A stretch of 64,000 nucleotides of DNA from an uncultured Gammaproteobacteria bacterium (GTDB lineage Bacteria > Pseudomonadota > Gammaproteobacteria > CAWCPV01): NCBI GenBank assembly GCA_963797555.1, contig CAWCPV010000003.1, positions 384,001-448,000 on the forward strand. The letters are read 5' to 3'. The position numbers and the translations under genes were made by a program. How positions within the stretch are numbered: position 1 is the first letter of the stretch; the number at the start of each line of letters is the position of its first letter. The notes below the pieces were generated by a model. It was not told the DNA's origin. It ran no database searches and saw only the letters and a list, made by a program, of their open reading frames with translations. Shown one piece after another: positions 9,614 to 19,700 of the stretch.

Positions 9614-9650
9614 TCAGACAAATGATAGCCGATTATGTCTGAAAAACAAA
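9614..9650 (-). promoter_or_regulatory. Candidate promoter and operator for the ACP-HTH-peptidase operon
   Basis: AT-rich patch with inverted repeat TCAGACA(9614-9620)-N15-TGTCTGA(9636-9642), bracketing a minus-strand TATCAT -10-like hexamer. Confidence 0.4.
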
Positions 9651-9900
9651 CTCTCCATGGACAGAACGCGAGCTTGATGCTGGACGAAAGGCAGCGGAAG
9701 CCAGGGAGCGCGCAGGGATCGGTGCAGTGCGTGAACGATGTGGAATCTCGGGCTTCCGGTGCGGCACGATGCCCTCGGATCCCTGGACAGCACTGTGTTG
9801 CATCCGGGCTACGATGTGGGGGTCACCCGCTGAGTCCCGGATTGAGAGCTGGACACGGACGCGCTCGGTGGCATACAGCGCGGGGGGGCGGAGTGTCGCT

Positions 9901-11070
9901 CTAGTCGCGCCGCAGCCGGTCGGACACCGCTATGGGCGTGGGATATTTCAGAACGATCCAATAAGCGGACGCAATGAAAGTGAGGAGCGTGGCGAGCTGG
10001 ATGAGGTGTGCCACCGGCTTGTCGATGACGCCGCTGTCGGCTGCCATGTATCCGATGAGGAGGGAAAACTCGCTCGCCTGCCCCAGGCGCACCCCGATCT
10101 CCCAGGGTAGACCGGGTGCCTCTTCGAACCGGCGCAGCAGGGCGCTGAACGTCACCGGCTTGACCACCAACAGAACCGAGGCCAGCGCAGCGCCGGGCAG
10201 AATCACCTCGCGGACCGCGGCGACCTCGAAGCTTCCACCGAGGGATACGAAGAACAGCACAAGAAAAAAATCGCGCAGCGGCTTGAGACTCTCGGCAATG
10301 AACAGCGAGAGCGGCGTGGTGGCGATGGCAACGCCGGCGATGAACGAGCCGATTTCGGGGGAGAGCCCAACGGCGCTCGCCAGCTCCGCCATTCCCAGGC
10401 ACCAGCCGATGGACAGGAGAAACAGGTACTCGTGGAACCGGTCGAAGCGCGCGAACAATCGCACGAGGACATAGCGCTGAGCGACAAAGGCAAATACGAC
10501 CAAGAGTGGAAGCAGCAGGAAACGGGCCACGGCCGGCGCCGCCTCGATGGGCGGGCGACCGAGACCCTGCAGGACCAGCAAGACCACAATGGCCAGCAAG
10601 TCCTGTAGCAGCAGGATGCTGATGATCACTCCACCCGCACGCCGATGGTGCAGCACGGTGGTGGGCAGGAGTTTGACCCCCAGGATAGTGCTCGAGAACA
10701 TCATCGCCGTGCCGACCACGAGCGAGTCACGCAGGCCGAACCCGAAGGAGATGGTGAAGAGTGCGGCCACGCCCCCGAAGATGAAGGCGCTGCAGAGTGT
10801 CGTGACGGTGGCCTCGCGCAGCATCTCCGCGAGGCGCTGGGGGTGCAGGTTCAGACCCAGCAGGAAGAGCAGAAAGATGATGCCCACGTGGGCAAGCTGG
10901 TCGATCAGTTCAGGGCTGCTCAGTACCCCCGCTCCGGACGGACCGAGCAGCATGCCGACGAGGATATAGGCGACCAGCAGTGCCTGGCGCGCATACAGCG
11001 CCGCTGTGGCGAGGGTTGCAGCGCCTGCAAAGACCACAAACAGGTTGAATATCAGTGGATCGCCAGTCAC
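9901..11070 (-). CDS. Cation:proton antiporter (CPA2/Kef-like)
   Basis: Multi-TM protein with GIIFLLFLLGL, MFSSTI, ILLLQD and LGQASEFSL. Confidence 0.9.
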   Translation of the reverse strand: MTGDPLIFNLFVVFAGAATLATAALYARQALLVAYILVGMLLGPSGAGVLSSPELIDQLAHVGIIFLLFLLGLNLHPQRLAEMLREATVTTLCSAFIFGGVAALFTISFGFGLRDSLVVGTAMMFSSTILGVKLLPTTVLHHRRAGGVIISILLLQDLLAIVVLLVLQGLGRPPIEAAPAVARFLLLPLLVVFAFVAQRYVLVRLFARFDRFHEYLFLLSIGWCLGMAELASAVGLSPEIGSFIAGVAIATTPLSLFIAESLKPLRDFFLVLFFVSLGGSFEVAAVREVILPGAALASVLLVVKPVTFSALLRRFEEAPGLPWEIGVRLGQASEFSLLIGYMAADSGVIDKPVAHLIQLATLLTFIASAYWIVLKYPTPIAVSDRLRRD

Positions 11071-11408
11071 GGTCCCGGTGTGCCGCCGCCCTCGAAGGCC
11101 ATCGCCCAGCCCTATCGTGGCATCGTTCGACCCGTCGCGCACCTCAGCACGCCGGCTGGGGCCCGGGAGCCGTCGTTTAGGCGGTCTTGGTCACGGACAC
11201 AGACGGAGAGCTTGTGAATAAATCTGCTGCGCGTCCCGATAGCGGCGTTGCGCGGTGCTCGCTCCTCGCCTATCTACTGGATATGTCTCGTCACTGCGCT
11301 CCGTGCGCCTTGCTCTCGGGCCGCTCGCGACGATTTCTTCACAAGCTCTGAGAGGCACCCGCGGAGGTTGCACAGTCGCGCGAACGTCAGCCGGCGTCGA
11401 CGCCAGCC

Positions 11409-12209
11409 TCAGCGGGGGACAAAACCCTGCCCCGCAGCCCGCTGGGCCTCTTCGGGCGTCATCTTGCGGTAGCCCGCGGGGATCTGAAACAGGCTGGCGG
11501 GCTGAGGGCTCTCCCTGATATTGGTCAACGCCATCACTTCACCGTCGGTCTCCTGACGAACGACGGCACGCAGCCGCGGATCGACGTAGACGACGCTCTT
11601 CTCGGTGTGCTCGCCTTGCCGAACGACAACTTCCCACTTCTCAACCTTGCGCTCGCCAAGCTTGGTCTCACCGCCGTACTTACGCTCGGTCAATGCGTTA
11701 CCCGACGCACGCAGCCGTACCACCATCTTGCGCTTGGGATCGATCCATTCGATGGAGCGCAGCGTTGCGAGATCGTCACGCTCGTCGATGATCTCCCACT
11801 TCTCCGTCGTGACGCCACTCACGTCCTCTTGGCCGAGCAGCTTGCAGGTAATCTTGCGCTGCCGGCAGGGGCTGCCGGCCTCCCCGGGCATGGGCTGGGT
11901 CGCTAGCAGCGGTATCCCGGTATTTTCCGGAATCGGCAGCTCCACGTAGGCCCGCTGCACTGGGTTCAGGGAGTAAATCTTCCCATCGGCCAGATCGAAG
12001 AGATTGATGATCTGCTGAGCACCCTGGCCGGAGTCCATGCGCATCTTGTTGTCGCCGACGTAGAGCTTTCCCGCCGCTTGCCACTGCCGCCACTGCGGGC
12101 TGTAGCTCACCATGTCGGCGGAAAACTCGGCACCGAACCACGCGCCAAACGCGCTGAGCGGAAACAACAAGGCTCCGATAAGCAAAGTCGGTTTCCTCAC
12201 GTTCTGCAC
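11409..12209 (-). CDS. Secreted DUF4412-like protein
   Basis: Signal peptide, EFSADMV..GKLYV..KMRMD, LGQEDVSG..TEKWE and C-terminal PASLFQIPAGY. Confidence 0.65.
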   Translation of the reverse strand: MQNVRKPTLLIGALLFPLSAFGAWFGAEFSADMVSYSPQWRQWQAAGKLYVGDNKMRMDSGQGAQQIINLFDLADGKIYSLNPVQRAYVELPIPENTGIPLLATQPMPGEAGSPCRQRKITCKLLGQEDVSGVTTEKWEIIDERDDLATLRSIEWIDPKRKMVVRLRASGNALTERKYGGETKLGERKVEKWEVVVRQGEHTEKSVVYVDPRLRAVVRQETDGEVMALTNIRESPQPASLFQIPAGYRKMTPEEAQRAAGQGFVPR

Positions 12210-12411
12210 CCCTCCTCATCGATCTCAGCGGGCAGGGTCCGCCGCGGCCATTCCCACGCCATCGGACCGGGCGAAGCCAGCAAAGTTTCCCCGCAACCGC
12301 CAGCCCGGCCGCCCGGGGGCGGTCCAGTATGCGGGCTCGGGAGTGAGGGCGCAGCCGTGTCGAGTGTTACCATCAGCGACCTTCCCAGCTCGCCCCCAGG
12401 AGCACTGAGCG

Positions 12412-13408
12412 ATGAGCCCAGACCAAGACCTTGCACCTTACCGCAATTTGGGGCCGGACAACATCCTGGACGCTGTGGAAGCCACCGGCCTGCGCTGGAA
12501 TGGCCGGCTGCTCCCACTGAACAGCTATGAGAACCGCGTCTACCAGGTCGGCATCGAAGGAAGCCAACCCATCGTGGTGAAATTCTACCGGCCGGAGCGA
12601 TGGTCCGACGAGGCCATTCTGGAGGAGCATCGCTTCACCCTCGAGCTGGCCGAGCAGGAAATCCCGGCCGTGCCGCCCCTACCGGATGACCAGGGAAACA
12701 CGCTGCGGCGACACGGACCATTTCGGTTCGCGGTGTACCCGCGGCGCGGAGGACACCCGCCCGAGCTGGACAATCCCGACCACTTGGAGCAGCTCGGCCG
12801 CTTCCTGGCCCGCATCCACAACGTGGGCGCGGTGCACCCATTCCTCCACAGGCCCACCCTGGAGATCCAGCACTTCGGAGTGGAATCGTATCGTTACCTG
12901 CTGCAGGAGCGGATCATCCCGGATGATCTCAGCCCCGGCCTACAGCAGTCTGGCCGAGCATCTCATCGAGCGCGTCCGGGACTGCTACGCCCGGGCGGGC
13001 AACGTCCAGTATCTGCGGCTGCACGGTGACTGCCACCCGGGCAACATCCTGTGGACCGAGCAAGGCCCCCATGTCGTGGACTTCGATGACGCCCGTATGG
13101 GGCCCGCAGTCCAGGACCTGTGGATGTTGCTGTCGGGCGAGCGTCCATACATGACCGCACGGCTCGCCGATCTGCTGGAGGGATACACGATGTTCCGTGC
13201 GTTCGACGCGCGCGAGCTAAATCTGATCGAGGCCTTGCGGACCCTGCGCATGATGCACTACGCGGCCTGGATCGCCAGGCGCTGGGAGGACCCCGCGTTT
13301 CCTCGCGCCTTCCCATGGTTCGGCAGTTCCCGATACTGGGAGGACCACATCCTCTCCCTGCGGGAGCAGGCAGCGCTCATGGACGAGCCGCCTCTTTACT
13401 GGGACTGA
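12412..13408 (+). CDS. srkA: Stress response Ser/Thr kinase SrkA/RdoA (YihE); frameshift near 12935
   Basis: LNSYENRVYQ, KFYRPERWS, RLHGDCHPGNILW and DFDDARMGPAVQDLWM across ORFs 12412 and 12686. Confidence 0.9.
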
Positions 13409-13764
13409 GGAACTTGTCAATCGATGTGCTGCGCGTCCCGATAGCAGCGCCGCGTGAGGCTGATGATGGTCCGCCCGAGAGGCTCTCGGCTCCGACCGCG
13501 AGCCACGGCTAGCGGTCGATGACGAACCGCTCCACGCGGTGGCTGCTACAGACCTGCGATTCGGAGACGGAATGCCCGACCTCGCGGTGTCCCATCGCCT
13601 CCGTTGCGGTCACGAACGCCCGGGCAGCGAAGCGCCCTACCCTCGCGGAATAATGTAGCATGCTGCAAGGGCCACACGGACGGCTCGTGGACCGCTCCGG
13701 TCTGCACAGGACCGCGCGTCCCCCGGGCAACGATCGCACACGGCTCTCAATGGAGGAGGCGACG

Positions 13765-14772
13765 ATGGAATTCGCACGTATCCATGCAACTGACTTGACC
13801 GCGTCCAGAATCGGGCTGGGAACCTGGGCCATCGGGGGATGGATGTGGGGCGGCACCGACGAGCGGATTTCCGTGCGCACCATCCACACGGCATTGGACA
13901 GCGGCATCAACTTGATCGACACCGCACCGGTCTATGGCTTCGGCCGGTCCGAGGAGATAGTGGGGAAGGCTTTGGCCCAATATGGCCGCCGGCAAGAGAT
14001 CCTGGTCGCCACCAAGGTGGGTCTGGAATGGCGGGAGGACGGTGTGGTGCGCAACGCCAGCCGGCAACGTATCCTGCGCGAGGTGGATGACTCGCTGCGC
14101 CGGCTTCGTACCGACCATATCGACCTCTACCAGGTCCACTGGCCGGATGAGGCAGTATCCATCGAAGAGACCGCGCGGGCCATGGATCAACTTCTGCGCG
14201 ATGGGAAGATCCGCGCTATCGGCGTCAGCAACTACTCGACCGGGCAGATGGACGATTTTCGCCGCAGCGCGCCGCTGCACACGGTCCAACCCCCGTACAA
14301 CTTGTTCGAGCGGGGGATCGAGCGTGACGTCCTACCCTATTGCGAGGAGCACGCCATCGCCGCCATCACCTATGGGGCACTGTGCCGCGGCCTGCTCTCC
14401 GGGAGGATGCGTCCGGAAACCCGTTTCCATGCCGACGATCTGCGGCAGATGGACCCCAAGTTCCAGGAGCCCCATTACGCACAGTACCTCAAGACCGTCG
14501 AGTCCCTGGCGGGGCTCGCCCGCGACAAGTATGGCAAGACGGTCCTGCAGCTCGCCGTGCGCTGGCTGCTGGACCGGCCAGGCGTTACGGCGGCACTGTG
14601 GGGCGCCCGGTCCCCCGAACAGTTGGAGCCGATAAGCAACGTCGTGGGCTGGCGACTGGACCCGGAAGACGCGGAGGCCATCGACGGAATCCTCGAGCAG
14701 AACATCCCGAATCCGATCGGACCCGAGTTCATGGCGCCGCCGAGTCGAAGGCCGCCAGAGGCGCCATCCTAG
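13765..14772 (+). CDS. Aldo/keto reductase
   Basis: GLGTWAIGG, DTAPVYGFGRSEE, IDLYQVHWPD and IGVSN; GGAGGAGG RBS upstream of 13765. Confidence 0.92.
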   Translation: MEFARIHATDLTASRIGLGTWAIGGWMWGGTDERISVRTIHTALDSGINLIDTAPVYGFGRSEEIVGKALAQYGRRQEILVATKVGLEWREDGVVRNASRQRILREVDDSLRRLRTDHIDLYQVHWPDEAVSIEETARAMDQLLRDGKIRAIGVSNYSTGQMDDFRRSAPLHTVQPPYNLFERGIERDVLPYCEEHAIAAITYGALCRGLLSGRMRPETRFHADDLRQMDPKFQEPHYAQYLKTVESLAGLARDKYGKTVLQLAVRWLLDRPGVTAALWGARSPEQLEPISNVVGWRLDPEDAEAIDGILEQNIPNPIGPEFMAPPSRRPPEAPS

Positions 14773-14827
14773 CGTTGGGAGACAGACGTGCGCAGCCGGG
14801 TGCAGGGGGCGGAGCCCCGGTCGACGC

Positions 14828-15604
14828 CTAGGAACGGTCAGCCCCTGGTGACGCGCCGGGACTCTTTCCGGAGCCGTCGCGGCAGCGCACCGAGATGCCA
14901 AGCCCGCCGAGCGCGTGCTCCATCTGCGCCTCCCAGCCTCGATTGGCGGCTGGGCTGGCGGGACTCGGATGGGGTACGAGGCCGACGCGGACCGAGGCGG
15001 GATTCAGGGCCGCTGCGACCCGCTGCGCCGCGAACCGCCCGACCCCGACCACGTAACGCGGTGTCAGACAGGCGACACTGTGCCCGAGGGCGGCGTCGCA
15101 AAGGCCGAACAGCTCTTCGCGGTCCTTTGCCGGCAGCCGGTCCGGGGTGAGATTGCGGCCGCTCGCCTCCAGGAAGCACAGAGGACAGTAGTTGAGCACG
15201 AAAAACTGCGCGAAGAAGTGCTCCGGCGCACCGCAGGCCGCTCGCGCCCAGCCCCACAGCCGCCGCCCGCTGACCTCCTGCCGAGCGCAGGCGAATCCCT
15301 GAACGGGACGTCGCGGATGCTGGGATGCCGGCTTGCGCACAGGCGCCCGGATGCCCAGCCAGTCGCGCACCATGTGCACGTCTCCGAAGGGGACGCCGGT
15401 CTGGACCATACCCCAAGGCCCCGGATTCATACCGACCAAGACCACCTCGCGGCGTCCCTGTCCGAACCTCCTGATGTAGTCCCCGTGGGCGGCCCAAGCA
15501 TAGTCGAGAGGGTTGTATACATGAGCCACCGGAGCACCGAAGCGCAGCCGTCCGGCGGCCGCCCCCAGACGCCGGGCGATCTCCAGCAAGTCCGCATGCG
15601 CCAT
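14828..15604 (-). CDS. SMUG1-type (family 3) uracil-DNA glycosylase
   Basis: YNPLDYA, GMNPGPWGMVQTGVPFG, EVSGRRLW, NYCPL and HPSPASP. Confidence 0.9.
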   Translation of the reverse strand: MAHADLLEIARRLGAAAGRLRFGAPVAHVYNPLDYAWAAHGDYIRRFGQGRREVVLVGMNPGPWGMVQTGVPFGDVHMVRDWLGIRAPVRKPASQHPRRPVQGFACARQEVSGRRLWGWARAACGAPEHFFAQFFVLNYCPLCFLEASGRNLTPDRLPAKDREELFGLCDAALGHSVACLTPRYVVGVGRFAAQRVAAALNPASVRVGLVPHPSPASPAANRGWEAQMEHALGGLGISVRCRDGSGKSPGASPGADRS

Positions 15605-15960
15605 GGACCATCCCCCGAGTTAGCCGCGCCAGCGTGGCCTTGGCGGCTTAGCGTTCCGTAATCGCGCGCTCGGCCCCGGGCCGCGCGACGCCTTCAGCAC
15701 CGAGCACCGATCCTGACACAGGGCTCGCCTGACCACTGTGCACGCGTGCCGTGGACAGAAGCCGAGCGTTCGCATAGGATAATCGAGTACGTCAACACTC
15801 ACGCCCGGGCCGGCGCCTTTCTCCCTCCTCAGCCACGATCCGCAGCCGGAGCCCGGCCAGCGGTCCGTTCGACTTTCATAGCGAGACCAGAGGAATCCTC
15901 GGATCGGCTGACGACGGGCCCTACTGAGCGCCGCGGCCGCAGCGTCGAGGGAAGTATACG

Positions 15961-16623
15961 ATGGTCACGCACAGCGTCACGTTCAACCGCGATCGCAGCG
16001 CGTTGCTGGTGGTGGACATGCAGCCCGATTTCATGCCGGGCGGCGCACTCCCTGTAGCGGAGGGAGATCTCTTGGTCGAGCCGGTGCGCGCCCTGATTCG
16101 GTCCGGCAGGTTCCAGCACTTCGCTGCGACCCAAGACTGGCATCCGCCGGCCCACATCTCCTTCGCGAGCAGCCATCCCGGCCGCCGGCCCCTGGACACT
16201 ATCGAGCTGTACGGTCATCCTCAGATCCTATGGCCGGACCATTGCGTGCAGGGCACCCCTGGCGCGGAGCTTCACCGCGGGATCCCGTCCGAGAAATTCG
16301 ATGTCATCGTACGCAAGGCAACCGACCCGCGGGTCGACTCGTACAGCGCTTTTCGCAACAACTGGGGGCCCGCCGGGGAGCGGCCGCCTACCGGGCTGGC
16401 CGGCTATCTGCGCGACCGAGGGATCGCAGAGACCTTCATATGCGGCCTGGCCCGCGACTTCTGCGTCAAGTGGACCGCCGAAGACGGTATCGACGCCGGC
16501 TTCATGGTCTGGGTCATCTGGGACCTCACCCGCTCCGTGCACCCTTCCTCGGACGACCTGATCCGCCATGAGCTCGAGCGGCGCGGCGTTCGCATCGTCA
16601 CCTCGGCCCAGCTCACGCCCTGA
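15961..16623 (+). CDS. pncA: Nicotinamidase/pyrazinamidase
   Basis: VVDMQPDF, TQDWHP, WPDHCVQGT, DSYSAF and GLARDFCV. Confidence 0.92.
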   Translation: MVTHSVTFNRDRSALLVVDMQPDFMPGGALPVAEGDLLVEPVRALIRSGRFQHFAATQDWHPPAHISFASSHPGRRPLDTIELYGHPQILWPDHCVQGTPGAELHRGIPSEKFDVIVRKATDPRVDSYSAFRNNWGPAGERPPTGLAGYLRDRGIAETFICGLARDFCVKWTAEDGIDAGFMVWVIWDLTRSVHPSSDDLIRHELERRGVRIVTSAQLTP

Positions 16624-16737
16624 CCGTCACGGCCGCGTCGACCCCCCGGCACATGAAAGCGGTTGCGCCACAACGTCTCGCAGCTCTTTATCGGAACAAG
16701 CTCATAACGATTTAATCTTGATAAACCTTGCAGGGAC

Positions 16738-19700
16738 ATGTCCGACGAGCTGAAGCTGCCAGGGCTGCGCTTCTCCGATCTGTTCGACCCCGGGGGGCTT
16801 GCCCGCCTGGACCGCCAGTTCCAGGACGAGCTCGCCGCCCGTGACAGAGAGGCCCAGCATCGGCTCCGTGCCTATAGGGAAACGGGGCATTCCTGGTCTG
16901 GACTCGACACCAGCGAGTTCTTGCTAGGCCTGGCCGCTCACGTCGAGGCATTCATCGCGCGGCTGTTCGGCATCGAAGCCGAGCTGGAGGCCGCCAAAGC
17001 CGCGACGCTGAGCCATGACCCGGTCATGGTGTTCAAGAAGGAGTTCGTTCAACGCCGTGCGCGCCGTTACCGCGGGGACATCCCCGATCCGTTCAGCGTA
17101 CTGGATGCGTGGCTGAGCCGGCAGCTCACGGGCGCGGTCGGGGACGTCCCCGAGGATCGGGAGCTCGCCGCAGCGCAGTTCGCCGCGGAGCTGTTGAGAG
17201 ACGAGATAAAGAATGCCGAAGCCCTTGAAAGACTGACTCAATGGTGCGTTCTGGCGCTGACCGACCCGGCCGGCCGCACCGCGGTGCAGGGCTGGCCCAG
17301 CTTCCAGTTGCCGCAGAAGGTGGACCACGCCCGCCTGGTTCCTTTGGAAGCGGTGGAGGATGACGCGCTGCAGCGGCTCCAGGCTAATCCGGCGCGCTTC
17401 CGCCGCCGGGACGGCTTCCAGCTCACGGACCGGCGGATGTCCGCGCGCGCCGTCCAAGGCCAGGTGCATTACTGCATCTATTGCCACGACCACGACGGCG
17501 ATTTCTGCTCGAAGGGCTTTCCCGAGAAGAAGGGGCAGCCGGAGCTGGGCCTCAAGGTCGACCCCCTGGGCGTCAGTCTCACGGGCTGTCCCCTGGAGGA
17601 GAAGGTCTCCGAGATGCACCTGCTCAAGCGCCAGGGGCATACCGTCGCCGCGCTCGCCATGGCCATGGCGGACAATCCCATGGTGCCGGCTACGGGCCAC
17701 CGGATCTGCAACGACTGCATGAAGGCATGCATCTATCAGAAGCAGGACCCGGTAAACATTCCCCAGATCGAGACGCGGGTTCTAACCGACGTTCTCGATC
17801 TCCCCTGGGGGGTGGAGGTCTACGACCTGCTCACGCGCTGGAATCCGTTGCGGCGCCGCCAGTACGTGATGAAGCCCTACAACGGGCGCAAAGTGCTGGT
17901 CGCCGGGATGGGGCCCGCCGGCTTTACCATGGCCCATCACCTGAGCATGGAGGGGTGCGCCGTAGTGGGCATCGACGGCCTCAAGATCGAGCCGCTGCCG
18001 GCGCAGCTGGTGACGCGCCCGGTGCGCCGCTGGCGCGACCTGGAGGAGTCCCTCGACGAGCGCATCCTGTCGGGCTTCGGCGGCGTCGCGGAGTACGGCA
18101 TCACGGTTCGCTGGGACAAGAACTTCCTCAAGCTGATCTATCTCAGCCTGCTGCGGCGCCCGACCTTCCAGGCGTTCGGCGGGGTGCGCCTGGGCGGCAC
18201 GGTAACGCTGGAGGACGCATGGCGCAACGGCTTCGATCACGTGTGCGTCGCCACCGGGGCCGGGCTGCCGCGGGTGATTCCGATGGGCCACAGCCTGGCG
18301 CGCGGCATGCGCCAGGCGAGCGACTTCCTGATGGCTCTGCAGTTGACCGGAGCCGCCAAGGAGAGCAGCCTCGCCACCCTCCAGGTGCGGCTGCCGGCGG
18401 TGGTTATCGGCGGCGGACTCACGGCCGTCGACACTGCCACGGAGGTCCAGGCCTACTATGTGAAGCAGGTGGAGAAGGTGCTGGCGCGCACCGAGGCGGT
18501 GGGGGTCGGGCGCGTACAGGCCGGCCTCGGCGACGAGGATCGCGCGATCCTGGACGAGCTGCTGGCGCACGGCCGGGCGGTGCGGGCGGAGCGGGAGCGT
18601 GCAGCCGAGGCGGGCGAGGCGCCGGACTTTCTTCCCCTCATCCGCGCCTGGGGCGGTGTGACACTGGCGTACCGCAAGGGCATGAACGCATCCCCCGCCT
18701 ATCTCCGCAACCACGAAGAGATCATCAAGGCCGCCGAAGAGGGGATCTACTACGCCGAGGGCTTGGATCCCCTGCGCGCGGAGCTGGACGAGCATCGCCA
18801 CATCCGCGCGGTGGTGTTCCGCCGCATGGAATGCCAGCAGGGCCGCTGGCTGGCCACCCGCCAGGAAGTGACGCTGCCCGCCCGGTCGGTGTTCGTCGCC
18901 GCGGGCGCCGTCCCCAACACCATTTACGAGCAGGAGCATGCCGGCACCTTCGAGCTGGAGGGCGACCACTTTCTGCCTCACATCGAGCACCCCGACGGTC
19001 TGCAGCCGGTGCAGGTCGCCCAGCACTGCAAGGCAGCCGAGTTCGGCCCCTTCACCTCGTACCGGAAGGAGGGTCACTGCGTCACCTTCATCGGCGACAC
19101 CCATCCGGTGTTCCACGGCAGCGTGGTCAAGGCGATCGCCTCGGCGAGCCGGAGCTATCCGCAGGTCCTGGCGGCGCTCGGCCAACTCCCCCCCGGGGAT
19201 CCGTCCCCGGACGCGTACCGAGCGTTCCGCGCAACCATGGCCGACCTGCTCAGTCCCCGCGTCGCGGAGCTGCACCTGGACAACCCGGCGGTCGCCGAGC
19301 TGTGGGTCCGGGCACCCTTGGCGGCACGCAATTTTCGCCCGGGCCAGTTCTACCGCTTGCAAACCTTCGAGTCGGCGAGCCCCATGGTGAAAGGTACGCG
19401 GCTACAAATCCCCGTCATGACGGTGAGCGGCGCGGGCGTCAAGAACGACAGCGTGCGGCTGATGATCCTGCAGTGGGGGGTTGCACCGCGGCTGGCTGCA
19501 CGCCTCAAGCCCGGCGAACCGCTGATCCTGATGGGCCCGACCGGCTCGCCGACGGAGATACCGCAAGGCTCCAGCATCCTGGTCGTGGCCGGACGCTGGG
19601 GCGCCGCGGTAATGCTGGACATCGGCCCGGCACTGCGGGCGGCGGGTAATCGGGTGCTCTACGTCGCGGCCTTGGCCGCCGCCGAGGAGCTGGACAGGAG

